From Phoronis australis (taxonomy: Eukaryota > Animalia > Phoronida): a stretch of DNA of 64,000 nt. The position numbers and the translations under genes were made by a program. Location of the stretch: contig NMRA01000029.1 of assembly GCA_002633005.1 (NCBI GenBank), positions 636,956 through 700,955 of the forward strand, in the 5' to 3' direction. The notes below the pieces were generated by a model, which saw only the letters and a program-made list of their open reading frames with translations, did no database searches and was not told the origin of the DNA. Of the stretch, positions 12,101 through 27,100 are shown one piece after another (positions within the stretch are counted from its first letter, which is position 1; every line of letters starts with the position of its first letter).

Positions 12101-15100
12101 GCGCCACAACAACTGCACCAGCACCAACGAGTCCAAGAATCTCGAATGCTTGCGAGCTAAGGATCCCATCGCGCTCTGCAAAAACCTGCCTGCCTTTGCC
12201 AACTTTAATCCAGTTGTCGACGGTGTCTTCCTACCAAAATCTCCACTGGAGCTGATTGAAGACAATGTCACCACCAGTGTTGACTTGATGATTGGACATA
12301 GCCAGGCAGACGGGTACACGTTCTCGCTCTTCGGAGGTGATATTTATGAGTTGGCTAACGCTAAGACGCCTTGGGAACGTGCAGCCATCAAATTCCAGTA
12401 CAACGAGGCTCTGGAGACTAAGAATGCTGAGCTGATAACTAATATGCTGACAGATTTCATGTTCGCATCGCCAGCTGAACGCACGGCTAAAATTAATTTA
12501 AGGTATTTTAAATGCTTAATCACTTAGCTTTGTTTCAAATGCAAGTGAAATTTCAAACACTTTATATATACGTGTGTGTGTGTTGTGTGTGTGTTGTGTG
12601 TGTGCGTGCGTGCGTGCGTGCGTGCGTGCGTGTGTGTGGCTAATTATGAATATTTCAGCCGAAGGTACCTAGTTAAAAACTTTAGGTGGACCTGGATGAC
12701 TCATTGTCAACATCAGCTTTTAGGTTTCCCAATATCGCAAGAATTTCATTTTTATGCGCCCACATATTTATATGTGGACGCATTATGCCGTCATCTGCGT
12801 CCGTCCGGGCGGCGTCCGGCGTCCGCTGCTCTATCTCCAAAACCCTTTGACATACATTCATGAAATTTGGCACATATGTTCCATTCATGAATGGGAAGGC
12901 ATGTGCGAACTTTCGGACGGATCCGACTACCAGTGTGCCCCCTAGTGGCAATTTTAGTTTTTTACGCTTACCTTTGTATCTTCAAAAGTCGTGAACGGAT
13001 TTTCATGACATTTGGTATGTAGGCACCTATTAGTGAGATGACGCTATCCTGCCGTTTTCAGATGGATTCGACATAGTTTGCGCCACCTAGTGGCCATTTT
13101 TAGTGTTTTCGAGTCTGTTTTTGTGCGTCCACCCCTCTATCAACCAAACCGCTCAAAGGATGATTGTGAAAATTGGCATGTATATGCTTACTATGTAGAG
13201 GACGGTTGNNNNNNNNNNNNNNNNNNNNNNNNNNNNNNNNNNNNNNNNNNNNNNNNNNNNNNNNNNNNNNNNNNNNNNNNNNNNNNNNNNNNNNNNNNNN
13301 NNNNNNNNNNNNNNNNNNNNNNNNNNNNNNNNNNNNNNNNNNNNNNNNNNNNNNNNNNNNNNNNNNNNNNNNNNNNNNNNNNNNNNNNNNNNNNNNNNNN
13401 NNNNNNNNNNNNNNNNNNNNNNNNNNNNNNNNNNNNNNNNNNNNNNNNNNNNNNNNNNNNNNNNNNNNNNNNNNNNNNNNNNNNNNNNNNNNNNNNNNNN
13501 NNNNNNNNNNNNNNNNNNNNNNNNNNNNNNNNNNNNNNNNNNNNNNNNNNNNNNNNNNNNNNNNNNNNNNNNNNAAGGAAAAGTTCCAAGTAGAAATTTG
13601 TTTCTGGCATTCTAATGCTGTGCTAATCTCGTATGTTGGTAAATTTGTTTTTAATTCTATGTTTCTGTGGTGCTTTAAGCAACTGGTGTATAGGATGTGC
13701 TTGTATTATGAAGATTACTCACATTTTGCCCCTAGCCTATTGAGGAGACAATGACCATGCCTTTCCATTTTGCTAAGTACAACATACTACATATATGCCC
13801 TCTACTGGCCACTTTATGGTACCAATAAACAACCCTAGAAGGATACCGTATGCGGTGCAATTGTGGGCGCATTTCAACGCTCTGCGTTGCTCTTGTTTTA
13901 AATAAAGTGGTCATGGTTGTCGCAAATCACAAAATCAGTGTATTTTTATTGTTGAGCAATGCAGATTCAAGATTTCAAAGCTTGTTATACATTTATGATA
14001 TTCATCGCATTGTGGTAAGAGTGGAAAGACATTTTGATGTACCAACATAATACATGTTGCTGCATTATGCCGTCATCCCTGCATGTCCAGCATTCACTGC
14101 TGTATATTCAAAGCTCCTGGATGGATGCTCATGAAATTTTCGTAGACATGTTTTTATCATAAATAGGACAGGCTAAGTGAATTTTCAGACAAATCCCACT
14201 ATCGGAGTGCTGCCTGGTGAAAATTTTTATTTTTACGTTTTCCTGCATCCCTTCGGAGTTCCTTGACTGATTGTCGTGAAATTTGTCATATAGCTATCGG
14301 TTAAGGAGGCGACTACGCCTTCTTGTTTTTCATTGGATTCAATATAGTCTGCGTCACTTAGTGGTTGTTTTAATTGTCTTTTGAGTCTTTTTTTGGCATC
14401 TGCCTCTCTATTGGCCAAACCACTCTTACTGATAATGAAAATACGTGTTCTTACTGGGAAGAAGACAGCTTACAGTGATTTTCGTACAACTCCAACTATT
14501 GTGGCACCTCCTAGTGGCACTTTTGTTTTTTGCATTGGTGGCTCTATCGAAGCCCTAGCAGGAACTTTTCTTAATTTGGCAAGAGTATTTCCATTGGAAC
14601 AGAAAAGTAACAACAGATGACTATCCAGCTACCACTGTGCACCCTATTGGCATTTTTTTATTTTTTACCTTTTTCCCCGTAACTCCGAACTTCCGTGACG
14701 TATTTTCAAGAAATTTGGCAAATAGTTGAACATTAAAGAGGCAATGACACCTTTCCATCTTCAGATCAGAAATGACTTATTGCACCTCACTTGTCATTGT
14801 TCTCTGACTAAGAACTCTAAAGATCATTATAAAAATTGGCATTTTTGTTCTTACTGGGAAGGGCACAGCTAACGATGATTTTTGGGCAGCTCCGACTAAC
14901 TTAGCACTCCCAGTGGTAGTTACGAAGTGAAATAAAATCTCCCCAGTTGTGGTGCAAAATCGGTTCAAAAGTGACTGTTCTTTACTTGTGTTGTAGCTTG
15001 GGTCTATTGATAATGCTACACCTGGCATTTTTCATCTAAGCGAAATGTAGTATACACAGTGATGCACCCATCTTTGATTTTTTTATCTCCTCACTATCTT

Positions 15101-18100
15101 CATCATCACCATCGCCAGTTTCTATGTCATTGCCATTTGTATTCTTGACGATGTCAGCGATATAAGAATTGTATAAAAATTTTGTTTAGGCTTTATTTTT
15201 GTTTATTTGTATTAACAAATCAATGAAGAATCTTTTTTCAAGAATATCTTTTGAGCTTTTTTCGTGTCAAAACTTTGATTTTATCAAGATATAACTGGGA
15301 AGCTTTATACAGTTTATATGGGTCAGGTAATTGGGTCATGTAATTGTGGTTTTAGAAAAGGCGGAAAAAATTACTACTACCTGTTTGAACATCGTCCGCC
15401 CACCACCAAGTCAACTGTACCAGCGTTTGTTCGAGGTGGTCACGCAGACGAGACTCCATATGTGTTTGGCTTACCATCTATGCGGCACATGTACCGAGAT
15501 GACGACAAGGAACTTAGCCGAAAACTGGTGGCTCTGTGGACTAACTTTGCCCACACAGGGTGAGTTGTAATTGACATCATTAATGTGAGATTCTCCAAGT
15601 ATTTGCACGGGTGTAAATTTATGCATGCATGTAATCTGTCAAAAGCCCGAGTCCTGTATTTAAGTTTTATGCACTTGCGCTTTGTGCACATTGTTTTAGT
15701 AGCAACTGAACCTTTGAAGGCAGTGGTCATTGTATATGTTATGATCATAGACACCATTTCTGTTCAAAGAGTATCAGACACTGTGGTATGTAGGTATTTT
15801 GTTGTGCCTGTTAAATGTCTACTTTCGTGATCTGGATGCTGCTTATCCCATGACTTGATTTGGGCTTGATCTTGTCATACGAGTTGTCTAAGGCATAATT
15901 TGGACACAAATTGCCTCTGTCAGTCTTGATATTAACTGTCTAATGACATGATGTGGACAGTTACTGTTCAGTGACGTAATATGGACAATATACTGTCAGT
16001 GTAAGGATGTGATTTTAACATAAAATGTTTAATTTAATGACAAAATTTGGACATGACATAATATAATAATGGACATAATTTGTCTGAATGACATGGTGTG
16101 GACGTAAACTATTTATTGACATTGCCTTTCTAATAATACCGTACTTGACTGACTCATTTAATCTAAATTCTATTCAAACATTTCGATTTTGCTAGTGGTG
16201 TGTTAGATTCAAGCCCCGTCTTGTTACCTTTTCTGTCATTGCATTGCAGAAATCCAACCAAGGGCATGGAGCTTTCTAACGTTGAATGGCCACAGTATTC
16301 AGCTGAACATCCCCAAGTCCTCTTACTGAGCACGCAGCTGGGACAAGATGGGTACGACTCTGTCATCACTCCGCAGGGGGCGCCCAAGCTGTTGCGTCCA
16401 GAGAGCACACGGTTCTGGTACGAGCTCTACCCAAGTTTGCAGACATTGGAGTTGCCACAGTGTGTTAAACCACCGGTGCCACCTAGTGGAAAGCCTATGA
16501 TCAACTTAACTCAAGGGATGTTTGAGGGAAACAGGAACACAATTGCTGGTAAGCTTTGTTATTAGGAGATTCAATATTGAGGAATAAAGTGAAAATCAGA
16601 ACTTATTCAGTTTTCTTTTGTGGGTTGATTATTTTCCACCTGGTGTAACGAACCTCAGAGCTTACACAGGCACTGTAAATTTGGAACTGCAATCAGCAAG
16701 GTAATGATGTCATTAAAACCAGACCTATGGACCTATCAGTAATTTGAACCACCTCTCACAATTCGTTGTGCAAACGATTGAACGCGCTGTCCTTAAAACT
16801 GGGCAGTGGAGTTTCATGATACAACTGCAAGTTCAAAACGCTGCGCTGATAGATAAGTCGCCGAACTAAAGCTTGAGTCTTGCGCCTCAACCTTTAAATA
16901 CATACCTCTGGCGTCGTTTTGAAAAAAATTTAATTGCAACCAAAGTTAATTGTTCATTCGTTGCGTGAGACGGCGAACGAGTGAGTTTTTGTCAAATTTC
17001 TCTAGAATTAAGGGAAATGATCTCTCTCTTGTTTTCTGTTGTGTATAAATTGTGGTAAGTAAACAGCCTTTGTCCAAAACATTTTGTGCAGAATAGGTGA
17101 AGTATTGTGGCTGTAGATAGCTTGCTAAATCTTAGAAAAAGATTTTCTCTTACACCTCCTTAATTCTCGAAACTTAAAACAGAGAGCAAGAGGTGGGCCA
17201 CTTTTTGAATGACAGGCTATGGGCCAGCAAACTGAAGAGTTGCATTCTCCAAATTTCTTTTAATGTTTTAGAATCTGGCTTTAACTACGAGACATACATA
17301 GGCATTCCATATGCAGCGCCACCTCTTGGTAATCTCCGTTGGAAACCTCCCCAGGTGCACAGTGGTTGGTCGGGGGTACGACAGAGTGGGCCCTTTGTCA
17401 CATGTCCCCAATCCTCACGGATTTATGTTTTGGATTTTGAACAAGAGACGGAGGACTGTCTAGAGCTCGATGTTTATGTTCCGTATGGTGTGAAACACTT
17501 AAGGTAAAGTGTAAACTAACATTTATTTTGTTTCTTATCACGCAACAAAACTCAAAAACATGTTTTGCACTCACTTGTGGCAAAAGAAATATTTTTTGCC
17601 ATAATAATAGCAAATTGTGTTTGTATCAAAAATGAGTGTGCCTAAACCGTGAATTGTGGAAAATTTGACCAATTTATTGACTTGCCTAACCCTCTCTGAA
17701 GAGCGTTGGAAGGGCGAGGGTGGCCTCAGAATAGTGAATATCAATACATTAAAATTAGTCAAAATTTTCCCCAAGATGAACCATTGCACTATGACATCAT
17801 GCAACTTTGACATAATAAGCGTAGACAGTACCCCCCCTAATTCTATTGTCCTGATTCACTGGCAGAGTCTAAATGCTGATATCCATTCAGAGGAGCCAGA
17901 ACTGTATCGCCACACAATGGACATATACTCAGAGAGAATCAACTGTTAATACATGCTGCCTGATAATCTGTAGTGGACAAATGTCCCTCAGGATTGCTGT
18001 TTAAACTTCTTGCGTGTAGTTTAGCGTCCATTGGTCACAAAGTTGATGTCCCATGGGATATTAAGTCCAAAAACCCCCGATTTTGATATCAATACACTAA

Positions 18101-21100
18101 GGCCTATTTCTATTTGATTCTTCGTTTCAATTTTCCCCATTAGGTGTCTTTCAAAGTTATGACTTGTTTGCATCTTTTGAAGAGTGTTAATTAGATGTTG
18201 AACAAATAAACAGCTTAGGTTTGTTTATTTGGCAAGCTTAAAATCAGTACCAGTGATAAGTTAACCGGTTTGTAATATTTGAGAAAGATTGAGTTAATTA
18301 GACACACAAGAACTGAATAGAAAACAATCAAAAGTCCTGCTAGCAAGCATCGTTGAAATCGAAATGAATTCCTAAAAATGTGTCGTCCCAACCCTACTAT
18401 GTACTGTAGGTTAGATTTTGGTGTAAATACACAATTAGAGTTTAGAAATGACATTGCCATGACAATTGGGACCATGCTCAAGTATTATGGTCATTACATT
18501 GTGAGACAGAATGAGAAATAGCCCTAATGAATGTCTTTCTGCTAAGTATTTATTGACATGTTTAACGTTCAACTTGACTGTTTTTCACATTTTTTTCGTT
18601 TGAATGCTTTCTTTACACCTCTTTTTGTGATCATGATGTTTTCCAGACATCGGAAGCTCCCTGTAATGGTGTTCATCCATGGTGGTGGTTACACTCTTGG
18701 GTCTAAGACACTTTATAGTGGCGTGAATTTGATTCAGTACGATGTTGTGTATGTTGCTATTAACTACCGACTTGGAGTTCTGGGATTTTTGTCATCAGGT
18801 GGGTTTTGCTTGTTGTATTGCGACCTTGTTTATTAAACAATTATATAACTATTGCATTCGAGAACAACATGTTTGGGTAAATGGAGATGGAAATATAATA
18901 ATGATGATAAGTTCTTGAATTTCAACAATGGTGGGTGGCACGGCCTGTACAACTGGTGCTGTGCCTCCTGGAGTGATTTTAAACTTGACTAAGTGTTTTT
19001 CCCTTTATTGGGATATTTTTTGACATGAGTAGATTTGTGATGTTGGTCATGCTGTCAGCAGTAGGTCCATACCAACGGTCGGCATTAATTTTGTTAGGTG
19101 ACAGTGTTGCTCCAGGAAATTACGGTTTAATGGATCAGCAGCTAGCTATAAAGTGGGTCAAGGAGAATATTGCCAAATTTGGTGGTGACCCTGATGAGAT
19201 CACCATATTTGGAGAGTCAGCAGGTGCAGGTAGTGTGTCTGCACAGGTTCTGTCACCATCAAGCAAGGGACTCTTCAAGGTGAGAAGATTTTCCTGCCCA
19301 ATTTGGCAAATAGGTTTGAAAGACAACACCTTCCCATTCTTGGATAGGTTCAATGTTTTAACACCCCTAGAAGCACAGCATGTGTGGTGCAGGTGTGGGC
19401 GCATTTCAATGTTCCACGTTGCTCTTGTTTTCACATAATGCGAGAACTTGTGAGTTGAACATTAGCTCTGTTTTTTCTTACGCTAAAACCTCACCAATGC
19501 TGCTGACAATCAGATTTTTATTTCTTCATTTTTTCACGACAGAAAAGTAGTCCCATTCTAATGCTTTAACATTTCAAAAACTCTACACCGTAACTACATG
19601 TGTTGAGTGGGCATTCGCAACAATGTCAGAAGGGTTTGAAAATGCTAAAAAGGAGTTCATGATTGCCAACCAAGGGAATGCTGTACCCTGGTGGTCATGG
19701 TAACTCTGAAATTTGAAATCAAATAAGTTGACATGTACATAGTGTTGCATGAATGACATTTTGCCAAATCAAATAGACTGTAATTTTCGATTTGATTTTG
19801 AAGTATGTTACATCACTGTTTAACGACTTGTGAACAATCCCTATGTTGAATGTTAAAATGTAAACTTTTGTGTTCCAGAGAGCTATTGCCCAGAGTGGAT
19901 CCATTTTCTCCCCATGGAGTTGGGTAGATCAACCAAGAACTGTGTTTGATCATTTTGTGGGTTTGAAAAACTGCTCAAAGGACATGACGAGAGCTACCCT
20001 TGAATGTCTACGCAACATTGATGCCATTGCGCTGAATTCCTTGGAGGCAATTCCCACAGACTTACGAAGTCAGCTACTTATGACACCTGTTGCAGATGGT
20101 CGGTTCTTTCCCGCTTCACGGTCACAGCTCCTCAGGGACTCTGCCTCAATGGATATCACTTTCATGATGGGACACAATTTTGCTGATGGTTACCTCATTG
20201 GAGTAGGCTCCGAATACTTCCTGGGGGCGTCATTGTTGCTTTCGGATCCCGCTGCCAGGACTGCATTCGAGTTCCAATACGCAGACTTGCTAGAGATGCA
20301 GAATAGAACAACTCTCCATTACCAGAAAGAGGTCACAAACGTCATGACAGATTTCATGTTTTCAGCACCTGCGGATAAAGAGGCTCTACTTCGTGATAAG
20401 TGAGTGTTTTTTCATTATTTTGTCAAAATGTACATGAAATTTGTGCTTGGCTCTTTAATTTGATGTGGTTCATTGGTTATATGCAAGGGCAAAACTAGGA
20501 GGCTGTCCAACATAACTAGCCTAACTTTTTGCAATGTCTCAGCAAAAAGCCTAAAGGTTGGAAATCAAAATCAATGACGGAGAGTCTAATCTCGGAACTC
20601 AGACTTTATTCAGATTCAGACTTTACTCAAACTCAGACTTGAAACTTCATTCGGCTCACTGTCTGAATTCCTGCATCCTCAAGTTGGTGTAGGTTACTGC
20701 AGACGGCGACGTTTCAGCTTGACGTTTGATTTACGGTAGTGACAAGCCATCTGATGTTGTGAGTGGAGTTTGCCTGTCAGTGAGCATGGATGAGTGTATA
20801 AATATATGAAACTAACAGACGACGACTTTCAGGCGGTTCCAACGAACACTGATCCCCTAGTGGCATTTTCATCTTATTCCGTTTTTCTTTGTTTCCCTGA
20901 AGTTCCTTGACAGATTTTTATGAAATTTGGTGAATAGTTTTCTATTAAAGAAGCAAAGGCATGTTCCAGTTTTTGAATGGATTGGACTTTTTAGAGTCTG
21001 AGCAAAACGTAACCAATCATGCGATACTGTTCGAGTACAAATTTGAAGGTTTACTCAAAGCTTGTCATACAAAAGTCTAAATACATGTAATTTTATAGTC

Positions 21101-24100
21101 ATTTTTTGAGTTGAGTGCTGAGAACAGAAATTATTCAGCTGGTCCTGAAGTCATTGAATTTTAATTTCTTAAGCTATATTTTTAACTTCCAAGTGCTTTC
21201 ATTTGAGGTTGTACTTACGAAGTATCAGCAAGACGTCTGATCTGTGACGAAATTAATTAAGATCATTCAGAATGTAAAAAATTGTTGTACGTAGTCGGGT
21301 ACGCAGTCCGGTACGCAGTCTGGTACGCAGTCCGGTACGCATACCAGATGACGACTGGTTGCTCACTTGGGACCATTGCACTGATCACCTGTGACCGTTA
21401 TTGATGCTTATTAACACTACTGAGCTGAGGAGCTAGAAACCTGACTCAAGGTATTGCAGACCTGCGACTTGAACCCACATTCTTAAGTAGAGAAGACTAG
21501 CACTTATTCTACTAGGACGTTGTGCCTCCTCCATCCACAATAAATTTATTCATTGATACCGAATGAATTTTAAAATTGTATTACCTCGTGAAAAAAAATT
21601 CATATATAATCCTGCTAAAACATGTCAGTATTACGTTCTTAGACTGAAACACTCCAGTGATGGCATCATTTGTCTTCTTTTATACCTTTCGCACCGAACA
21701 TCTCGTAAAAATTTCCGTGCCAGACAAAATGATGTCAAAATCTAAATAGCAGTATTAAGAAACATGCAAGTTAGTGATGGAGCAAATTCGTCGCATACAA
21801 ACTCTACATGAAATGAATTTTTTTGAGTATTATTTTAAATTTCGAAATTCGTTTGGGAGACACTCTTTGCCCAATGTTTTTTTCACGCCAAACTTTTGAT
21901 CAGCAGTTGAACTGACGAATGAGAGTTGAGACAGGTCACCAAGCCCCTAATGTTGATCATATTATGGGGATTAATGCTCACTGGAAGTCATGAACAAGTG
22001 GAGTACCCTGGTGGCCTTCAGGGTAGTGACACATCAATACAAGTTAATTAACTGATAAATCAGACACATTCTAAGCTGGCAAATGTGTGTCAGCCAGGGC
22101 TGACGTTGGCTATGAGGTATTTTGATGTAATTCACTCAATGAATATAAAAATTAACTTGAAGGCACTGAGCCAGAAATATATATCAAGTGATTATTGTTT
22201 AAGAAATGGATCTATAGATTTCACTACAAGGGTTCACAGGTTTAAGCCCCCTCGTGAGGCACAACCAAAAGTTGCTGCCATTGCATAAAGATATTGCCAC
22301 TGGTTCAGTAGATCCCATTACTAAATTTATAGACTGGCCTCTGCATGTGTCAGGCGTTCTTACGTCTTGCGTGATCCACTGCTTTTCTTTGTAGGTGGGG
22401 TGGTAAAACCTATCGATATTTCTATGAACATCCGAGCAAAGGCAAGCCTGATTTTGTCCGAGGAGACCACGCTGACGAACTGGATTTCTTATTTGGCTGG
22501 AGTCTCGCCAACTACACTAGAGATGACCTACGAATCACCCACATTATAAGTAGACTGTGGACCAACTTTGCAACTACAGGGTGAGTACAGAGTGGGCTAA
22601 TGGTAATCAATGAATTCCTGGGTCTGTTTCGTGAAAAGTGACATAAGACTTAAGTCAAAAAATTGGTTTTACACTCATCACAACTGGTTCCAAAGAAATA
22701 AATAAATCTTGTTTAAACAAAAATACAAAGTCTCTGACAATACATGCATATTTTCTGGTTTCTGAGATAATTTGTAAATATAATTTAGATGTTGAAAGCT
22801 TTATTCAGTAACTGAGAAGTGGGAACATTAACAGCAAATCTCTCGACATCTAAATCTTAACTTTAAGATGCTTTTTATGAAGTAGACTCCTGGAGTTCTG
22901 CCATCTGCCTCGAGTGTGACTTTGTATATAGTGAAGGCATGCAAGTCAGTGGGTCTGCTGGCCTGTCGTCTGCCTCGAGTGTGACTTTGTAATAGTAAAG
23001 GCATGCAAGTCAGTGGGTGTGCTGGCCTGTCGTCTGCCTCGAGTGTGACTTTTATACAGTGAAGGCATGCAAGACAGTGGGTCTGCTGGCCTGATATGAG
23101 GATGTTGCATATACTTTGGTCCATCAAATAGCCAAGGGCAGCACAATATTCATATCAACTTTATGCGTAATATGGGAATAGCATTCTCAGGCCTGGTGTC
23201 TCAGGACATCAAAGGAACTCGGTTGACAGCAATTGGGTATTTATGAAAGAACTTCAACTGCCCATTTGTCAGAAAGTGCAGCACCTGTAATTATTTCCAA
23301 CACATTAGGTTTATTATATTGGAAACACTGAGTATTATAATGTGCTGTCTGCAGGTGATCCAGTGGAGGGGGGAATTTTTACATGCAATTTATAAGCTGT
23401 TGTGGTTACAAAAAGCTGAAAGCCACTAGGAAACATGTCAACATAACAATAATTGGTTGCGTAATGTAAGTGTTCTGGGCCCATAACCCAGAGATCCAAG
23501 GATTGTAACCTTACACTGTTATTACGAACACACAGTCATGTAGTTTGTTCAGCCAGCTGTATTCCGCTTACTCTAAAATTAAACTCTGAATGCAGGAGAG
23601 TGACATTAACATTTAGTTTATAGAAGAAAGAGTTGCAGGATTAACAACTGTGATCGTAATTGAAAAAGCCTGACAACCAAGTCCACAAATTCTTCTCATT
23701 GATCTGTAAGACATAGTGAATCTACCAGATTCACTATGATTATGATTCACTGCTTGCTCTCTTTACACTACAATGTTCATGAGATCTTTTCTCCATCGAG
23801 ACTGGTGTAAGTAGACTAAACATGGAGTAAAATGTAATATTCCTGAAGCTCATCACCTCTCAGTGAAGTTCGTCACTAATAAAATTCTTCAGTTACACCT
23901 TTTGCCCGCATGTGTATAGGAATCTGCATTTTTACCCCGCAGCCCCAGGAAAGTGGCATATCAACGCATCAAAAGCCTTGCGCTCCAATCCCTCACCCCC
24001 AGGGTTGATCTATTGAAGAGTTGGCGACGCTTGATTAATCATGATCTTATCTGGTCAGAAACAGTGGTCACGCCTACTTCTACAATACGCAAGTCGTGGT

Positions 24101-27100
24101 TGTGTTGGCACGCATATAATATTATGCACACTCACGCACGCACTTTCAGACATTTAAGCACACTTTAATGCATTGAGAATTAAGGGGTTAGGAACATCAC
24201 AAGAGACATGGTTGTTTAGTTGTGTGAATATGCAGTCTAAATAAAAATTTCGTTGCATTCCATACATCTCTACATCTTTCTGCCTCCTAATTTGTGGTGG
24301 CGCATTTCCTCTGTTTCAGGGACCCAACAAAAGGGGTGACGCTGCCTGGCGTTAGTTGGCCTTTGTTCTCCAAGGATGATCCCAGTATCCTTCATTTGAC
24401 CTCTGACCTGGGTGAGCCAGGTGTGCCATCTGTCATCACCAACAAGAACTCACCAGATTTGCTGAGGCCACTGGAAGTTGAATTTATGAGGGATCTTCTC
24501 CCACGGCTGGCAAATCGAACTGAGCCCAGCTGCATACCTGCTACCACCTCACCCCCTCCCTACACTGGGGAGCCAACTACATTGGCTGAAGTGGCCACCA
24601 CTGCTACCTTATCCACTCCTTACACTGAGGAACCAACGACATTGGCCAAAGTCGGCACCACTGCAACCTCATCCCCTCCGTACACTGAACAACCAACTAC
24701 ATTGGCCGAAGTCGACACCACTACAACCTCATCCCCTCCGTACACTGAACGACCAACTACATTGGCTGAAGTGGACACCACTGCAACCTCATCCCCTCCG
24801 TACACTGAACGACTAACTACATTGGCTGAAGTCGACGCCACTACAACCTCATCCCCATCCTTCACTGATCAACCGACTACATTGGCTGAAGTCGACACCA
24901 CTGCAACCTCCTCCCCACCCTACACTGATCTACCAACTACATTGGCTGAAGTTGATACCACTGCTGTAGGGAAGCCTACAGAACCTTCAACACCAATCGA
25001 CAAGAATATTTTGAATTTAGCCCCAAAGGTTGCAGTTGAGTTCTCATTAGATGCCGACTATGATGTCATTGTTGGAGACAACAAGGTGACAGTGGTAGCA
25101 ACCTTCAAAGTTCAAATAGCGGATGAAATGAATATCAAGGTGTCGCGTATCCTGAATTTCGACCTTCGACGAGGTGAGAATTTACTAATATTTTGAATTC
25201 ATGTTTTTTTATTACGTTGTTAAGTTACCGTACCTCTTACTAGCTAATTTTGGTTTTATTTTGAGAACGACAGAATGAAAACTGTGATTAGCTCACTTCA
25301 AAACTCATTTAAACACCTAAATGTATAGCATTCAATGAATCTATTAAAATGTCTAGACTGTGGCAGTAATGCTGTCCAATGAAAGAATGTAACAACTTCC
25401 TGGTATCTAGTCGTATTTGACCGATAGCCCGTGCCAAAATTTCGGTGTTGATAGAGGGTGAGTTAGGGGGTTTATAGAAACTCCTTGAAGCATGTGCGGA
25501 GGTCTACTTTTGTTATTTCGTTTAAGTGTGGCTGAACGGTTGTTCTAGCTTGTGAGGGTATTAGGAGTCCTCATTGTTTCCTAAATATAATCACAGAAAG
25601 ACAGTTTAAGCTGCAGTAGTTTGGGCTGCCAACTCTAGGTTACTAATTTGAAGCCAGCACAATTTGAGTTTCGTGTTCTCTGACTGACTTACTAGCAATC
25701 TCTCACATAACCTTATTCACACAGTCGCAATTTTAGTAGTGAGCCTTTTTTAGATTTAAAAAACAATGCATTTGAGACATAAATATGAAGAGGCGCGCAA
25801 AAAAATTATGTTTTTTCTGTAGTTAAGCGCAGAATGGATTGTTTTTAAAACCTAAAAAGAGGCTCACTTTTAAAATGGCCACAGCGTGAATTAGAGGTGT
25901 ATTGGTATTAATGAAGAGTGCGTGAAGAAGATTGAATGTATCAAAGCCTTCATGAAAAGCGATTTTGATCTTTGATGAAGCTATACCTTCATAAAAGTGT
26001 TTGAAAATTTTCTTGTATTTTTTGCTTCATTTTTGTTTCATAGGAAGCATTGTTGTGTCTTTTGACCTGGAGCCACCAACTACACCGTCAGAGACGCCAT
26101 CTGGTGACGCCGTGACTACACTGCAAACATCCATCTCCAATGGAACTCTAGCCATCAAAGACGGCAATGGCACCGTCATTACAGCACTGCCCAACTCACT
26201 GAAAGTTGTGGCAGACGTACCCAGCACAGCAGGTGGTAAGTCTGCAGGTTGATTATTCACTGAGTAAAGCTTGGCTCACTGTTGAGGTTATTACAAATAG
26301 CGCAAGGCGCCCTATACAGTAGGCCTAAAATTTCACCAATATAGTGCACAATGTGGCTTACAAACGAAATTTAATTTTCTCATTTTTATCATAAAAACAA
26401 ATTAAACCACCAAATAAATGCGTTACCTTTTAGTGTTGTACCACAGTTACCATCATGCTTTTTAAAATTATAAGCGCTATCGATAATTTTAGAAGCCTTT
26501 GAAAAATAAAATAGATTGGATTTGGTATTTGTCCGAAATCGTTGTCAGATTTTACTGTACACAAAGGAATTGTGATACATCAGCAACACTGCCATAGAAT
26601 GTAGATACACTCTGTAGAGGACAGGTTTATTTCAAGCAGCATGATGTCCAGTTTTTTATATTTACGGGTAAACTGGGTAACTATATACAATGTAGCATCT
26701 TTCCAACATAAATTGCTGGGTTTCCAAGCAGACGATCATCTACTTAACCCTTCCTTCGTTCTGGACCGGGGTGCTTTTCATAGACCCAAGGCAATCACGG
26801 GAAATGTGATAACTGCTTTGCTTATAATGTGCAGCCATATCTCACGAAAGTTAACGTATCTTCATTTTACGCGAGTCTCGTGTCCACAGAATGAAGCTCG
26901 GTGCTCCGAGATTCACCGATTTCAGCTAATGTGAAAAAGTTGACATCTGGAGCAAAAGAGCTCATATCTTGGCATACAACTACTAAAGTTTTACTCAAAG
27001 AATCCGACAGTAACGATTGGACAAAACACACAGCTCGGATTCACTTCTTGTAACCTTGGGAAGAGTGTATTGGAACAACATGAAGTGTAATTACATTGGA

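Larger units (their letters stand above)
17358..22595 (+). repeat. Intragenic segmental duplicate of 1-6095 (exons and introns)
   Basis: Intron sequences align with indels, e.g. 148-380 vs 17504-17720, 3590-3780 vs 19690-19878, 5380-5660 vs 21855-22130. Confidence 0.92.

Noticed and set aside
13078-13754. Long ORFs across 13209-13574
   Set aside because: Artefacts of the N gap.
24541-24960. CRISPR-like regular repeats (also 9093-9380, 22896-23093)
   Set aside because: Head-to-tail tandem units without unique spacers; eukaryotic context, no cas genes.
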